Made by a program: the position numbers and the translations under genes. A DNA stretch of 64,000 nt, taken from assembly GCF_018350175.1 (NCBI RefSeq), contig NC_058383.1, positions 10,666,001-10,730,000 of the forward strand, in the 5' to 3' direction. Below the pieces are notes generated by a model. It had not been told where the DNA came from. It did no database searches and was given only the letters and a program-made list of their open reading frames with translations. Origin of the DNA: Felis catus. Lineage: Eukaryota. This document shows positions 49,086 to 61,000 of this stretch, one piece after another; positions within the stretch are counted from its first letter, which is position 1, and each line of letters starts with the position of its first letter.

Positions 49086-52000
49086 CTCTCTCTTCCTCTG
49101 GCTGCCTCTGCCCTGTACTCCTCTCCCCTGGCCCGCCTCCCCACCCACCCCGGGTGGACCAGACCCAGACGCAGCTGGAGCACGCGCGCATTGGGGAGCT
49201 GGAACAGAGGCTGCTACTGGAGAAGGCGCAGGCCGAGCGTCTGCTCCGGGAACTAGCCGACAACAGGGTAACGCCGCCCTCCGGCCCCATCACGCCTCCT
49301 TCGGCTTCTCTGTTTTATTATTTTCTCTGTCTTTGGCTGCTTTCCTCATTGTTTTGCCTTCTGAGCCCCTTCTAGGAGGGAAGTCGAGGCTTGGGAACCC
49401 TTCCACCCCATTGCCACGTGACGCCCGTTGGGGAGCAGTCCCGTTGTCCGGGACTTCGGGCCCCGGCTCAGGGTCCCACTGGCTGGGAATGTCCAGTGAG
49501 ACCCCGCCCCCCCCCACCCGCCCCATGCACTGCCACAGCAAGGCTTTGTCATGTTCAGAAATGGGGTGCCTCTCGGGAACGTCCTGCCCCTTATATGGGG
49601 CACCTCCCGTCTCCCTGGGCTGGGGAGGCTGAGGAAGGTGGGTGGTCAGGGGGCTGCAGACCGAAGTTTCTCTAGCCTAGGGGGGTATTTTTTTTTTTAA
49701 TGTTTATTTATTTTTGAGCGAGAGAGGATCCAAAGCAGGCTCTTCACTGACAGCAGCGAGCCTGTTGCAGGGCTCGAACTCACGCACCTTGAGATCATGG
49801 CCTGAGCTGAAGCTTAACCGCTTAATCGACTGAGCCACCGGGCGCCCCCTAGGGGATCTTAACTATGGTTGCAGGAGGGGCCAGCCAGAAGGACCTGGGG
49901 CTTTTGGGGAGTGGGGGTGTCCATAGGGCGTGAGGTTCTGTGTCAGACCCAGGGTGGGGCTGGTGAGATACAGCAGACTAGGGAAATGTCTGCTGGAGCA
50001 AGGGGGAGGTCCTGCCAAGGCCCAGGTCCGGGTTCTGGGCCCAGCTGGCCCCTCGGCGCCCACCATACCTTTCCCGGGGCCGGGCCCCCCGTGCAGGTAC
50101 CCACGTCCAAACAGCAGGCCAGCCCAGGCCAGCTGCGGTTCTGGCAGTGGAGCTAAACAGCCAGCTAGCAGTGATTAGTTCAAACCATCTGAGCAGGGAG
50201 GGCTGTGGGGCGAGCCACGGTCGGTTTCTGCAGGCCCGCCTCGGCACGCGAGTGTGTGCGTGTGTCGGGGGGAGTCTGGAGACACACGCGGGTCCCTTTG
50301 CACACCCTGGCCGTTGCTGGGTGACCGTACGTGCTCGTGTGGTACACACACATATGTGCATGGAGGCTCTGCCTGCAGAAACCGACCCAGTCACGGTTGG
50401 CAGGCTGGAGCCCCCCACACTGAGGCGCCTTGATCTAGGGTTCAGCCTGATTATAAAAACAAAAGCAGATTTATTGAACTACAGGTCACCTTCAGAAACA
50501 GTTTTAAGTTAGCGAAAGACTTAAAACGTGTCGACGAATGTACTGTTTCCAAATCCGTGACCGCTGTCGTGATCCAAATGGGTTCTTGGAAGACGGAGCC
50601 TCTGGTCTCAGTTTTCCATCAGGAGGTGGGTCTGGGAGCATTAACTTTGTTCCGCCTCAATTAAACCAGACCCTTCTCTGGCCAGCCCCTCCGCGAATCG
50701 ACCCATCCGGCTGCCAGATAATGCAAAATTCCCTCCTAAAGAAAGCCAGAACCTCCAACAAGTGGTTTCTTTTAACCACTGACGTGTCCCAAGCCACCAA
50801 GGGCAGCGGGGACCGTCCCGTCCCGGAATCACAGGGCCGCAAGCCCAGGGAGTCCTTCCGGAGGCTGGGACGCCCAGGCGGGGTGGGCGCCCTTCCCCTC
50901 CACGAACCTCCCCCGCGGGGCCGGGGTCCGCCCTTGCTCCGGCCACGGCCCCTCGCCCCCCCGCCGGCCCGCTGACCCCGGTCTCCCTCTCTCCCCGGTA
51001 GCTGACCACGGTGGCCGAGAAGTCGCGCGTGCTGCAGCTGGAAGAGGAGCTGAGCCTTCGGCGCGGCGAGATCAAGGAGCTCCAGCAGTGTCTGCTGCAC
51101 TCGGGCCCGCCACCCGCCGACCACCCCGAGGCCGCCGAGACCCTGCGGCTGCGCGAGCGGCTGCTGTCGGCCAGCAAGGAGCACCAGAGGGAGAGCGGCG
51201 TGCTGCGGGACAAATACGAGAAGGCCCTGCGGGCCTACCAGGCGGAGGTGGAGAAGCTGCGGGCAGCCAACGAGAGGTACGCGCAGGAGGTGGTGGACCT
51301 CAAGGCCAAGGTGCAGCAGGCCACCAGCGAGAACATGGGGCTCATGGACAACTGGAAGTCCAAGCTGGACTCGCTGGCCTCGGACCACCAGAAGTCCCTG
51401 GAGGACCTCAAGGCCACCCTGAACTCGGGCCCGGGGGCCCAGCAGAAGGAGATCGGGGAGCTGAAGGCCGTGATGGAGGGCATCAAGATGGAGCACCAGC
51501 TGGAGCTGGGCAACCTGCGAGCCAAGCACGACATCGAGACCGCCGTGCACGTCAAGGAGAAGGAGGGGCTGCGGCAGAAGCTGCAGGAGGCCCAGGAGGA
51601 GCTGGCGGGGCTGCGGCAGCACTGGCAGGCCCAGCTGGAGGTGCAGGCCAGCCAGCACCGGCTGGAGCTGCAGGAGGCCCAGGACCAGCGCCGCGACGCC
51701 GAGCTGCGGGTGCACGAGCTGGAGAAGCTGGACGCGGAGTACCGGGGCCAGGCGCAGGCCATCGAGTTCCTCAAGGAGCAGATCTCCCTGGCCGAGAAGA
51801 AGATGCTGGACCACGAGCTGCTCCAGCGGTCGGAAGCCCAGAGCAAGCAGGAGGCCGAGAGGCTGCGGGAGAGGCTTCTGGTTGCTGAGAACAGACTGCA
51901 GGCCGTGGAGTCCTTGCGCTCCACCCAGCACGGCAACGTAGGCGGCCGCCTCTCCTGCCGGGCGGGAGGGCTGGGGCGGGGGGAGCCCCCACAGTCACGG

Positions 52001-54988
52001 GGGCCCCGGCGTCGGCCGGCCCCCTCTTCCCAGCCAGGCCCGGGCGAGAACGGAGGGCACCTCTCGTGCCTCCATCAGTCGTGCAGGGTGACCGTGGGGA
52101 CCCGAGGTGGTCCGAGCTGACCTGGCTGGGTCCCCGCAGCCCAGGCCTGCAGAGATGCGTACCCCAGCACGGAGCACAGGCTTCCTCCCGATCCCCGGGT
52201 CTCTGCGTCTCCCACACGTGTCCTGCTGCGCAGGCTCTCGGCCCTCCCCCAGGAGCCAGCAGCCGGGAGCTCCGTGGGGCTCGAGCTCTGCCTGTCCCCG
52301 GGGGGGGGGGGGGGGGGGTGTCCCGTCTCCCACCCTAATGCCGACCCAGGTGACCTGAGCTGCGGGTGGCTCCCTCTCGCCAGTCCTAATGAGCCCGAGC
52401 AGCCGTCCGGCGGCCACAGTGTGGGGGCCTCCAGAGTGGGCGCTGGGAGGTGGAGGGGGGGTCAGGACCGACGTTGCCTTTTCTCACCCCAGCTCTTGCT
52501 AGGTCAGCGTTCGCTCTGTTTCACAGATGAGCAAACCAAGGCTGAGACGGAGAAACTTTCCCAGGGTTTCCCGCCCACCAGAGGCAGAGGTCAAGTCCAG
52601 CCCCACAGCTGGAGGCCAACAAAGGGTGCCCAGGATGACAAAAGTCAAACCCTACCCGAAGGACAGCTGGCAGCATGGTCATTGCCTTCATATGGGCCCT
52701 GGGGCTTCGCGAGCTTCTGTGCCTTTGAACTAGAAGTTAGCGTTCCAGCAATAAGGAAGTGTTGGGGAGTTTCAAGGAACAGGATACCTTTTTCGTAAAA
52801 GGAGCCCTGCCTGCATGATGCCTTGTCCTCCCAGGGTGGCGGCCTTTTCTGCCCCCTGTCTCCCAGGGAGGGACTGTTTTAGTAAGTGCTGTCCCAGGAT
52901 CCTGGGCAGAGAGAAAAGGAACAGTCTCTGAGCAGCTTGTGTGCAAATGGCCTTACTGCCTTCTCAGAGCAGGGTTAGTCAGGCCTGGGACCCCAGCAAC
53001 TGGACTCCTGTAGCAGAGGAGGTTTCAGACTGCTGTGGTTCCAGAGGACAGCCCCTTCCTCTCGGTCACAGACCTTAGGCCGAGGAGTGGGCGGTGATCT
53101 CAGCAAGGCCCTTCTCTTCATTTCCACACACCTGGGGCCTTGGCCGGGACCCACATGACTCCCAGATGCAGAGGTTTCAGTGCAGAGACAGTGGGCTGAG
53201 ACTGAAAAAGGGGCTTGGGGATGTATGAGCAGAAGTATGAGCGGCAGGTTGATGGAGGTGACTGCCTGCTCAGCTCTGGGCCCGTCTGATCCACAGTGTT
53301 AGACTGGCAGACAGCATGCTCAGAGGAGAGCCTGCTTGGGCAGGAGGCTGAAAACTTTTTTCCAAGAAGCCGTGGGGAGCCTGTTAATGTTTGCCATTCA
53401 GATTTTTTTTTTTTTCTTAATTGATCTTTTCTTCTTTGGTTTCTGGGTTTATTATTAAAAAGTAGTAGCATTTATTAAAGTTCCTCGGGAGCCGGCCCCG
53501 GGGCGTGCTCTGCGTTCGTTCGCAGCCCTCGGACAGCCGATGCCTCTTTTACGGGTGGAAACCAAGGCTGGGATTTTGCCTCTGGAAAATGATGGAAACA
53601 GACTTCCAGGACTAATCTCTGTGGGCGTCCCAGGGAAGGAGACATCTGTTTAATATAATAGACGTTTTCAACAAAGGAAGGAGTGGGAGGTGTTCACACG
53701 GAAGCTGCACAAACAGCCTTCGAGGGCGCTGGGGGCAGGCGGGGGTCCTCTCTTGTCAGGGAGGCAGGACCGAGAACATCTCTGCTCTTTGCCACCGTAC
53801 CACGTCCCTGAGAGCCACCCTGTGTAGGGGTGAGGTGGGCCGGCTGGGGCAGGGGCAGGGGCAGGGGCAGGGGCCAAGCATCCCTCTTACCAGAGCCTTC
53901 TTTCAGATGATCGAGTCCAACGACATTTCAGGGGAGAAGGTCAGGATGAAGGAGACTGTGGAGGGTGAGTGGCTGCTGGGCCGGGTGGGACCCTGGGCTT
54001 TTTGTTGTACATCATCTGCCCACCCTCTGCTCACCGCCTCCCCCCACCCCTGTCCCCCCTCCGCATTGCCGGAGTTCCCTCCCTAAAGGCACCGCGTTGG
54101 CCAACCTCAGTTTACTTTCCAGACACGTTTACGCACATCCAAACCCGTAAGTGCCGGATGGTACCACGCCTCCCTGCTGTCCAGCCCCCCTTTCTCCTTT
54201 CCATTTAATGATGCCGCATCTTGGAGGCCGTTCTTATCCACGGTTTCCAGTCTTTGTCTATTGTCAACACTGCTTCAGTGAATTACCTTCCCCTCCTTGG
54301 GTCTCCAACGGTTTTAACTCCCGAACGCTGTGGTTCAAAGTGTGTTTCCCCACGAGCCTCACCGCCAACAAACTGCATCAGACTTTGTGACCTTCGCCAG
54401 TCCGAGTGGTTCTCCCGTGAGATAACGTCACGTTGCCTCTCTCTTACTGTGAGCGAAGCTTCCTTTCCAGTTCCACTTGGCGTCTTTTGCCCGTGTTGTT
54501 CCTCGCGGGTTGTTCATCTTTCTGTTGATTTTTACAAACTATGTACGACATTGCAAACATTCCTTTCCCCATTTGTGGTTTGTCTTTGGACTTTTCTCAG
54601 GGTCGTATGTGCCGTGCGGATTTGTTTCAAATCAGTCTTTTCTGGGGCACCTGGGTGGCTCAGTCAGTTAAGCTGCTGACTCTTGATTTCGGTCCAGGTC
54701 ACGATCCCAGGGTCGTGAGATTGAGCCCTGTGCTGGGTGTGCAGCCTGCTTAAGATTCTCTCCCTTTCCCTCTGCCTCTCCCCGGCTCACGTGTGCACAT
54801 GGGCTCTCTCTCTCTCTCTCTCTCCCTCTCTGTCTCTCAAAAAATAAAAATAAATAGGGGCACATGGGTGGCTCAGCCAGTTAAGTGTCTGACTTTGGCT
54901 CAGGTCATGCTCTTGTGGTTCGTGAGTTCATGCCCCGCTTTGGGCTCTGTGCTGACAGCTCAGAGCCTGAAGCCTGCTTCAAAATCTT

Positions 54989-55023
<35 letters not shown>

Positions 55024-58000
55024 GCCCCCCCGTCCCCCTGCTTGCACTCACTCTCTCTCTCAAAAATAAATAAACGTTAAAATTTTTTTTAATAAATAAA
55101 TCATTTAAAAGTCAGTCTTTTCTTTTTTGGCTTCTGGGCTTCTTATTTTTAAAATGTATCCCATGGTTTCTTCTAGTACTTCTTTAGTTTCGTTTTCTCT
55201 GCTCAAATCTCTGGTCCACCTAGAATTCATCCTTCTATAAGGTGTGAAAGAGGAACCATTTTTCCCTCCCAAAAGGGTACCTATTTGTCCTATTACCAGT
55301 TTTGAAAAACTCATTTCAAGCTCTCCACTGATTCGAATTACTAATCTTACCGCCTTCAAATTCCTTTATATAACTGACTTTATTTCTGGACCTTCTATCC
55401 CATTAGTAACCTGTTCGTGGGCCAGTTCTATAACGTTTTAATTATTGAAGCTTTATTTATATCATCTTGACTGCAAGCCTAGCCTTTCCCCCTCTGCTTT
55501 TTCAAAATTTTTTGCCTGTTCTTTTTTTTTTTTAAGCTGATGCAACATTAACATAGAATTAACTGTTTTAAAGTGAGCAATTCAGTGGGCATTCGGTACC
55601 TTCACGGTCTTGTGCGACCATGACCTCTGTCTAGTTCCAAATCATTCTCATCTCTGCAGAACGAAATCCCATACCCATTATCAGTCACTCCCCAGCCTCG
55701 GACCACCACTAGTCTGCTTTCTGTCTGGATTTGCCCATTCTGGATATCGACATAAATGGCATCCCGAGACACCTGGGTGGCTCCGTCGGTTAAGCATCCG
55801 ACTTCGGCTCAGGTCACGATCTCACAGTCCGTGAGTTCGAGCCCCGCGTCGGGCTCTGTGCTGACAGCTCAGAGCCTGGAGCCTGCTTCGGATTCTGTGT
55901 CTTCCTCTCTTTCTGCTTCTCCCCTGCTCACGCTCTGTCTCTCTCTCAAAGTAATAAGTAAACATTAAAAAAAATTTAGAGGGCATCCTACAACATGTGG
56001 CTTTTTATGTCTGGCTACTTTTACTTAGCATACTGTATTCCAGGTTCATTCCTGCTTACGGCTGAATAATATGCCGTCATACGCCACACTTTTTATCCAT
56101 CCGCCTGTTGGTGGATGTTTGGTCTGTCTCCACCCTTTGGCTAACGTGAGTTGCATTGCTGTAAGCACACATGTGCAGGTGCTTTGCAAGCGCCTGTTTC
56201 CAGTTCTTTGGGGGGTGTGCACCTTTGAGTTGCTAGGTCATATGGCATCTCTGTGTTTAACTCCTTGAAGAAGTGTTTGCCAGACTCTCTCGGCTAGTCT
56301 TGCTTATTGTCCAGGTGACTTTAGAATCAGCTAATCTGGGGCCCCTGGGGTGGCTCAGTCAGACATCCCACTCTTGATTTCAGCTCAGGTCATGATCTCA
56401 CGGTTCGTGACGTAAAGCCCCGTGTCAGGCTCTGTGCTGACAGCCCGGAGCCTGCTTGGGATTCTCTGTCTCTCTCTCTCTGCCCCCCCCACTCGTGCGT
56501 GTGAGTGCCCGTGCCCTCTCTCTCTCTCTCTCGCTCTCAAAATAAATAAATAAGCTTTAAAACAAAAATAGAGGGGCGCCTGAGTGGCTCAGTCGGTTGG
56601 GCGTCCGACTTCAGCTCAGGTCACGATCTCGTGGTCCATGAGTTCAAGCCCCGCGTCGGGCTCTGGGCTGATGGCTCAGAGCCTGGAGCCTGCTTCCGAT
56701 TCTGTGTCTCCCTCTCTCTCTGCCCCTCCCCCGTTCATGCTCTGTCTCTCTCTGTCTCAAAAATAAATAAACATTAAAAAAAATTAAAAAAACAAAACCA
56801 AAAATAGAATCAGCTGATTTAGTTCCATAAGAACTAAAATCGTATTGGTATTTATATTAGCATTACATTACATTTATAAAGTAGCGTACAGAAATGTAAT
56901 GTTTCTTGCGCTTTCCATAGATTATCTTTTTTAGCATTGCTCTGAGGCTATCCAGTATTCGAACCCACATGACTGGGTGACACGGGGACCAAGACCCCAA
57001 TTTCTCACTGGAGGAAACCGAGACTCTGAGAGTTAAGTGGCCCGAGACCACACAGTGTAGGAGTCTCTTACCCAGAGCGGGTTACCCGGAGAGAGGGCTG
57101 GTGTGGGGGAGCGTTTGGACCCTGGAGGCCAGCTCTGGCCTCGTTCTAGGGTTCTTGCGGGAAGGCCACCCCCTCCGCCCCTGCACCTGGAACACTGCAG
57201 ACAGACCCCTTGTCTCTCCCTCCTCCCCTAGGCCTGCAGGACAAGCTGAACAAAAGGGACAAAGAGGTAGTAGCCTTGATGTCCCAAACCGAGATGCTCA
57301 GGGCCCAAGTAAGTGGTAAGTCTCCTTCCTGCAGGGCAGGTGCGGGGGGGCTTTCACGGTCGGGCGTGGAGTGGGTTGGCTCCTGGGTCAGGGCGCCCTC
57401 TCCCGTTCTGCCCTGAGAGGGCACCATGGGCCAGTCCACCCGCACTGGGTTTGCACCTGAGCCGTGGTGAGAGGGCCGGTGTGGTCCCCACAGTGTCCAT
57501 GAGACAATGAAGGACCCCGGCCGGCCTCTTCCCCCCGGAGCCGGTTCTCCGTGTTCTCTCAGTGAACTCCACCAGGTTGCTCTCTGGTCTTGAGGACCGT
57601 TTCACGGGTGACAAAGATAGAGTGGCTGCTGCCCCCGGTGCCTTTCTAGCTGAAGTACCAGGATTTCAGATTCCGGGGGAAGGATGCCGGCCGCGGCAGG
57701 GGACGAGACACAGAGGACACGAGGACAGAGGGGGAGCCCGGGGAGAGGCAGGGGTCTGGAATTGGTGACTTCGTGAACCGGCCCTGCTTCTCCCACCAGA
57801 ACGCCAGTGGTGGTGTCCACGAGACGGCCCCCCTCCTGGGGAATGGTTCCCACCCCCACTTCTGTCCAGTTCCCACCACGTTCACGTGGCCTCATTGGTC
57901 CCGGCCAAGGTCAGCTGACCTCAGACCCCTCCAAGGAAGGCTAAGGTGAAGATTTTGCTTTCCCTCGTCCAGGACACGGTCGTAAGCGCCCGGGTCCTGT

Positions 58001-61000
58001 CTCGGGCAGGGCGGACCGCTCCCCCGACCCCGAAGGGCCCGCGCCGCTGTGCTTGGGGCCGTGGCCTGCTTTGTGCAGCTGCCCTCTCGGCCCCTTGCCG
58101 CCCGGCTCTGCAGGACGAGAGAGACCCGCTCAGTGGAGTGTGTGGAGTCGTTGTGGTCCCCCCCCCGAGAAACCCGGCTCCCTTCCCGGGGCCTTCGCCG
58201 CCCCCCTTCCCCCCCCGGGTGGGACAGATTCCCACGGCGATCCTGCCCCTCTGTCTGCTTTCCCTGCCGGCCGACCTCAGCACTGGAGGCGAAGTGCAAG
58301 GCGGGAGAGAAGAAGGCGGAAACCCTCCAGAAGGAGAAGCGGCGCCTGGAGGCTGAGCTGGAAGCCGTGTCCCAGAAGACCCACGACGCCTCGGGCCAGC
58401 TGGTCCTCATCAGCCAGGAGCTGCTCAGGAAGGAGCGGTGAGTTAGCCCGTCGGGCCCCGACCCTGGCGCCGCTCCACCTGCCCGAGAGGCAGGGCAGGG
58501 GCGGGGCGGGAGGGGCAGGTGGCTGGCAATGGCCAGCGCCCGCCGTCGTCCCCCGCTGAGCTCCGATGCAGCCGCGGAATCCTTCTCGACACGGATCTCC
58601 AGGCAGAGCTTGTAGGCAAGAGGAGTGGTCCCCGCACTTCTTGGTCCCCGCACCCCCTTTCAGCACTTCAAGGTGATGAGGATTCCCGCACAGCTTTTGC
58701 TATCAATTAAAGCAGAAATTTTAAAATATTTCTTAATCCATCTAAAAATCATAACGAGCTGGGGTGCCCGGGGAGATGAAGCGCCCGACTCTTGGTTTCG
58801 GCGCAGGTCGTGATCTCACGGTCTGTGAGTTCGAGCCCTGCCTTGGGCTCTGTGCTGGCAGCATAGAGCCTGCTTGGGATTCTCTCTCTCTCCCTCTCTC
58901 TCTGTCCCTCCCCTGCTTGTGCTGTCACTGTCTCTCTTAAAATAAATAAACTTTAAAAAATTGCAGCAAGCAGGGGAGCCTGGGTGGTTCACTCGATTAA
59001 GCGGCAGACCGGCTCAGGTCATGATCGCACAGTTTGTGAGTTCAGGCCCCATGTTGGGCTCTGTGCTGACAGCTCGGAGCCTGGAGCCCGCTTAGATTTC
59101 TCTGTCTCCCTCTCTCTTTGCCCTTCTCCCAACCCTAGTCTCTCTCTCGAAAATAAAGATTAAAAAAAAATTTTTTTAAATAATAATTTTTTTAAAAATC
59201 TTAAAAAGTAAAAAAAGAATGTCTTACCACATGAGCTCTCTTGGGTGAACGTTTTATTTGTTTTGTTTTATTTTTTTTTTAATGTTTTATTTATTTCTGA
59301 GAGAGAGACACAGAATGAGCAGGGGAAGGGCAGAGAGGCAGGGAGACACGGAATCTGAAGCAGGCTCCAGGCTCTGAGCCGTCAGCACAGAGTCCGATGC
59401 GGGGCTCGAACTCACAGACGGTGAGATCATGACCTGAGCTGATGTCGGACGCTTAACCAACTGAGCCACCCAGGTGCCCCTTGTTTTATTTTTTAATTAA
59501 ACCTTCTGTTCTCTCTTTATCTTTTTTTTTAAGCTTAGATATCTATTTTCAGAGAGAGAGAGAGAGAGTGCACGTGTGCATGTGAGCATGTGAGCAGGAA
59601 AGGGGCAGAGAGAGAGGGAGAGCACAGAGCTGGACATGGGGCTCGATTCCACAAACCATGAGATCATGACCTGAGTCGAAATCGAGGGTCAGATGCTTAA
59701 CCTACTGAGCCCCCCAGGGGCCCCGTTCTCTTTTTTTTTTTTAACTTGAAAAACATTCCGGAAGAGACCCAGTTCTCTTGACCATCCCATCCCCAAATCT
59801 GGCCCCTCTTGGTTTCATGCCTCGTGTTTCCACAGCGGCCCCTCGTGGCACAGGTGCCGTGTCCCTGTCAGGGTGGCCTGTCTGTGGGCACCCGGCGAAT
59901 CTCCACAATGTGGGAACAGAGGGCCAGGGCTGACTAGCTCTTCTGTGCCCCTCGCTGGCCCCTGCCAGGAGCCTGAATGAACTTCGAGTGTTGCTGCTGG
60001 AGGCCAATCGCCATTCGCCAGGGCCCGAGAGGGACCTGAGCCGCGAGGTGCACAAGGCTGAGTGGCGGATCAAGGAGCAGAAACTCAAGGATGACATCCG
60101 GGGCCTGCGAGAAAAGCTGACTGGGCTGGTATGTGGGCCAGGGGGTGGCCTGGGGACGGGGGGATGGCAGGGTGGGCTGAGGCTGCCCCCGCCGTGGCGA
60201 CTGGCCGCCTCCTAGAGCCAAGTCACAGGGAGGGTTCAGAAGGCCCTAGAATCACGGGTCAGCGATGTAGCCGGTGGAGGGGCCACGGGCGACCCGTTTG
60301 CAGACGTTGTAGCCGGCCATGTGGTCGTCTGGGGGATTCAGGGCAAAGGAAGACTTCCGAAGAACTTGAGCTTGTCCAGAGCTAGGACGGACTGCTTCAG
60401 GGTGAGCGCCCCATGCAGGGGAGGAGTCAAGCCAGAAAGCAACTCCTTGCTCAGGGTTTGGCAGTGGGGACTCACGCATCAGTCGATGGAGGGAGATGGG
60501 TATATCAAAGCACCTTCTGACCCTGGGGTTCTGGGAGCTGAGACCCCTCCATCAGGAGCAGGAGCCTGACTGGGCTGAGTCCCCGAGGTGGGGGCTGGAG
60601 TAAGCGGGCTGTGCGTTGAGGACAAACCTGTGGCCAGTTACTGCGCCTAGTCAGTTGCAGGAGAAGGACAGGACCCTGTCTGGGAAGACAGGCTGCTGTC
60701 CTAGGAAGTTGCTCCAAAGCCCCTCCCTGCCCTCCCGCTCAGCCGCCGGGGTTTGGCCATTGGAGGAGACAGAAGAAGGGAGGCCTTGAGGGCGGGGGGG
60801 AGGAACAGGACCCACCCACAGCTGTGGGGGCCCGTAGGGTCAAGGGCTAAGGGGTGTCACACACCCCTCCAATCCTGGCGGGTCTAGCCAGCAGGCAGGA
60901 TTCCAGGGCCCTTGTGGTCCTTGTGGCTCTGTGAGTCTGGACCTAACTCGGGAGAAGACAAGGCCCTGGGGCTGGCGGAGACTTCAGAGTTTTGATTCTG

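Larger units (their letters stand above)
54140..56335 (-). mobile_element. Old L1M remnants interrupted by SINEs
   Basis: Antisense L1-like motifs (gttttaaagtgagcaattcagtgg, ggatttgcccattctgga, gttggtggatgtttgg, gttgctaggtcatatgg). Confidence 0.65.

Noticed and set aside
50657..51931. 424-aa antisense ORF, plus 266-aa and 233-aa alternative-frame ORFs over exon 10
   Set aside because: Shadow ORFs expected from a GC3-rich coiled-coil exon (CTG/CAG/GAG codons give Leu/Gln-rich antisense text with few stops); no independent gene signals.
2949..59724. tRNA-like A/B box sequences and regularly recurring ~200-nt repeats
   Set aside because: These are heads of tRNA-derived Can-SINEs, not tRNA genes, and they are dispersed, not a CRISPR-like repeat-spacer array.
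59966..59971. NAGNAG acceptor (CAG GAG) at exon 14
   Set aside because: Distal GAG acceptors are rarely used and the effect would be loss of one residue.
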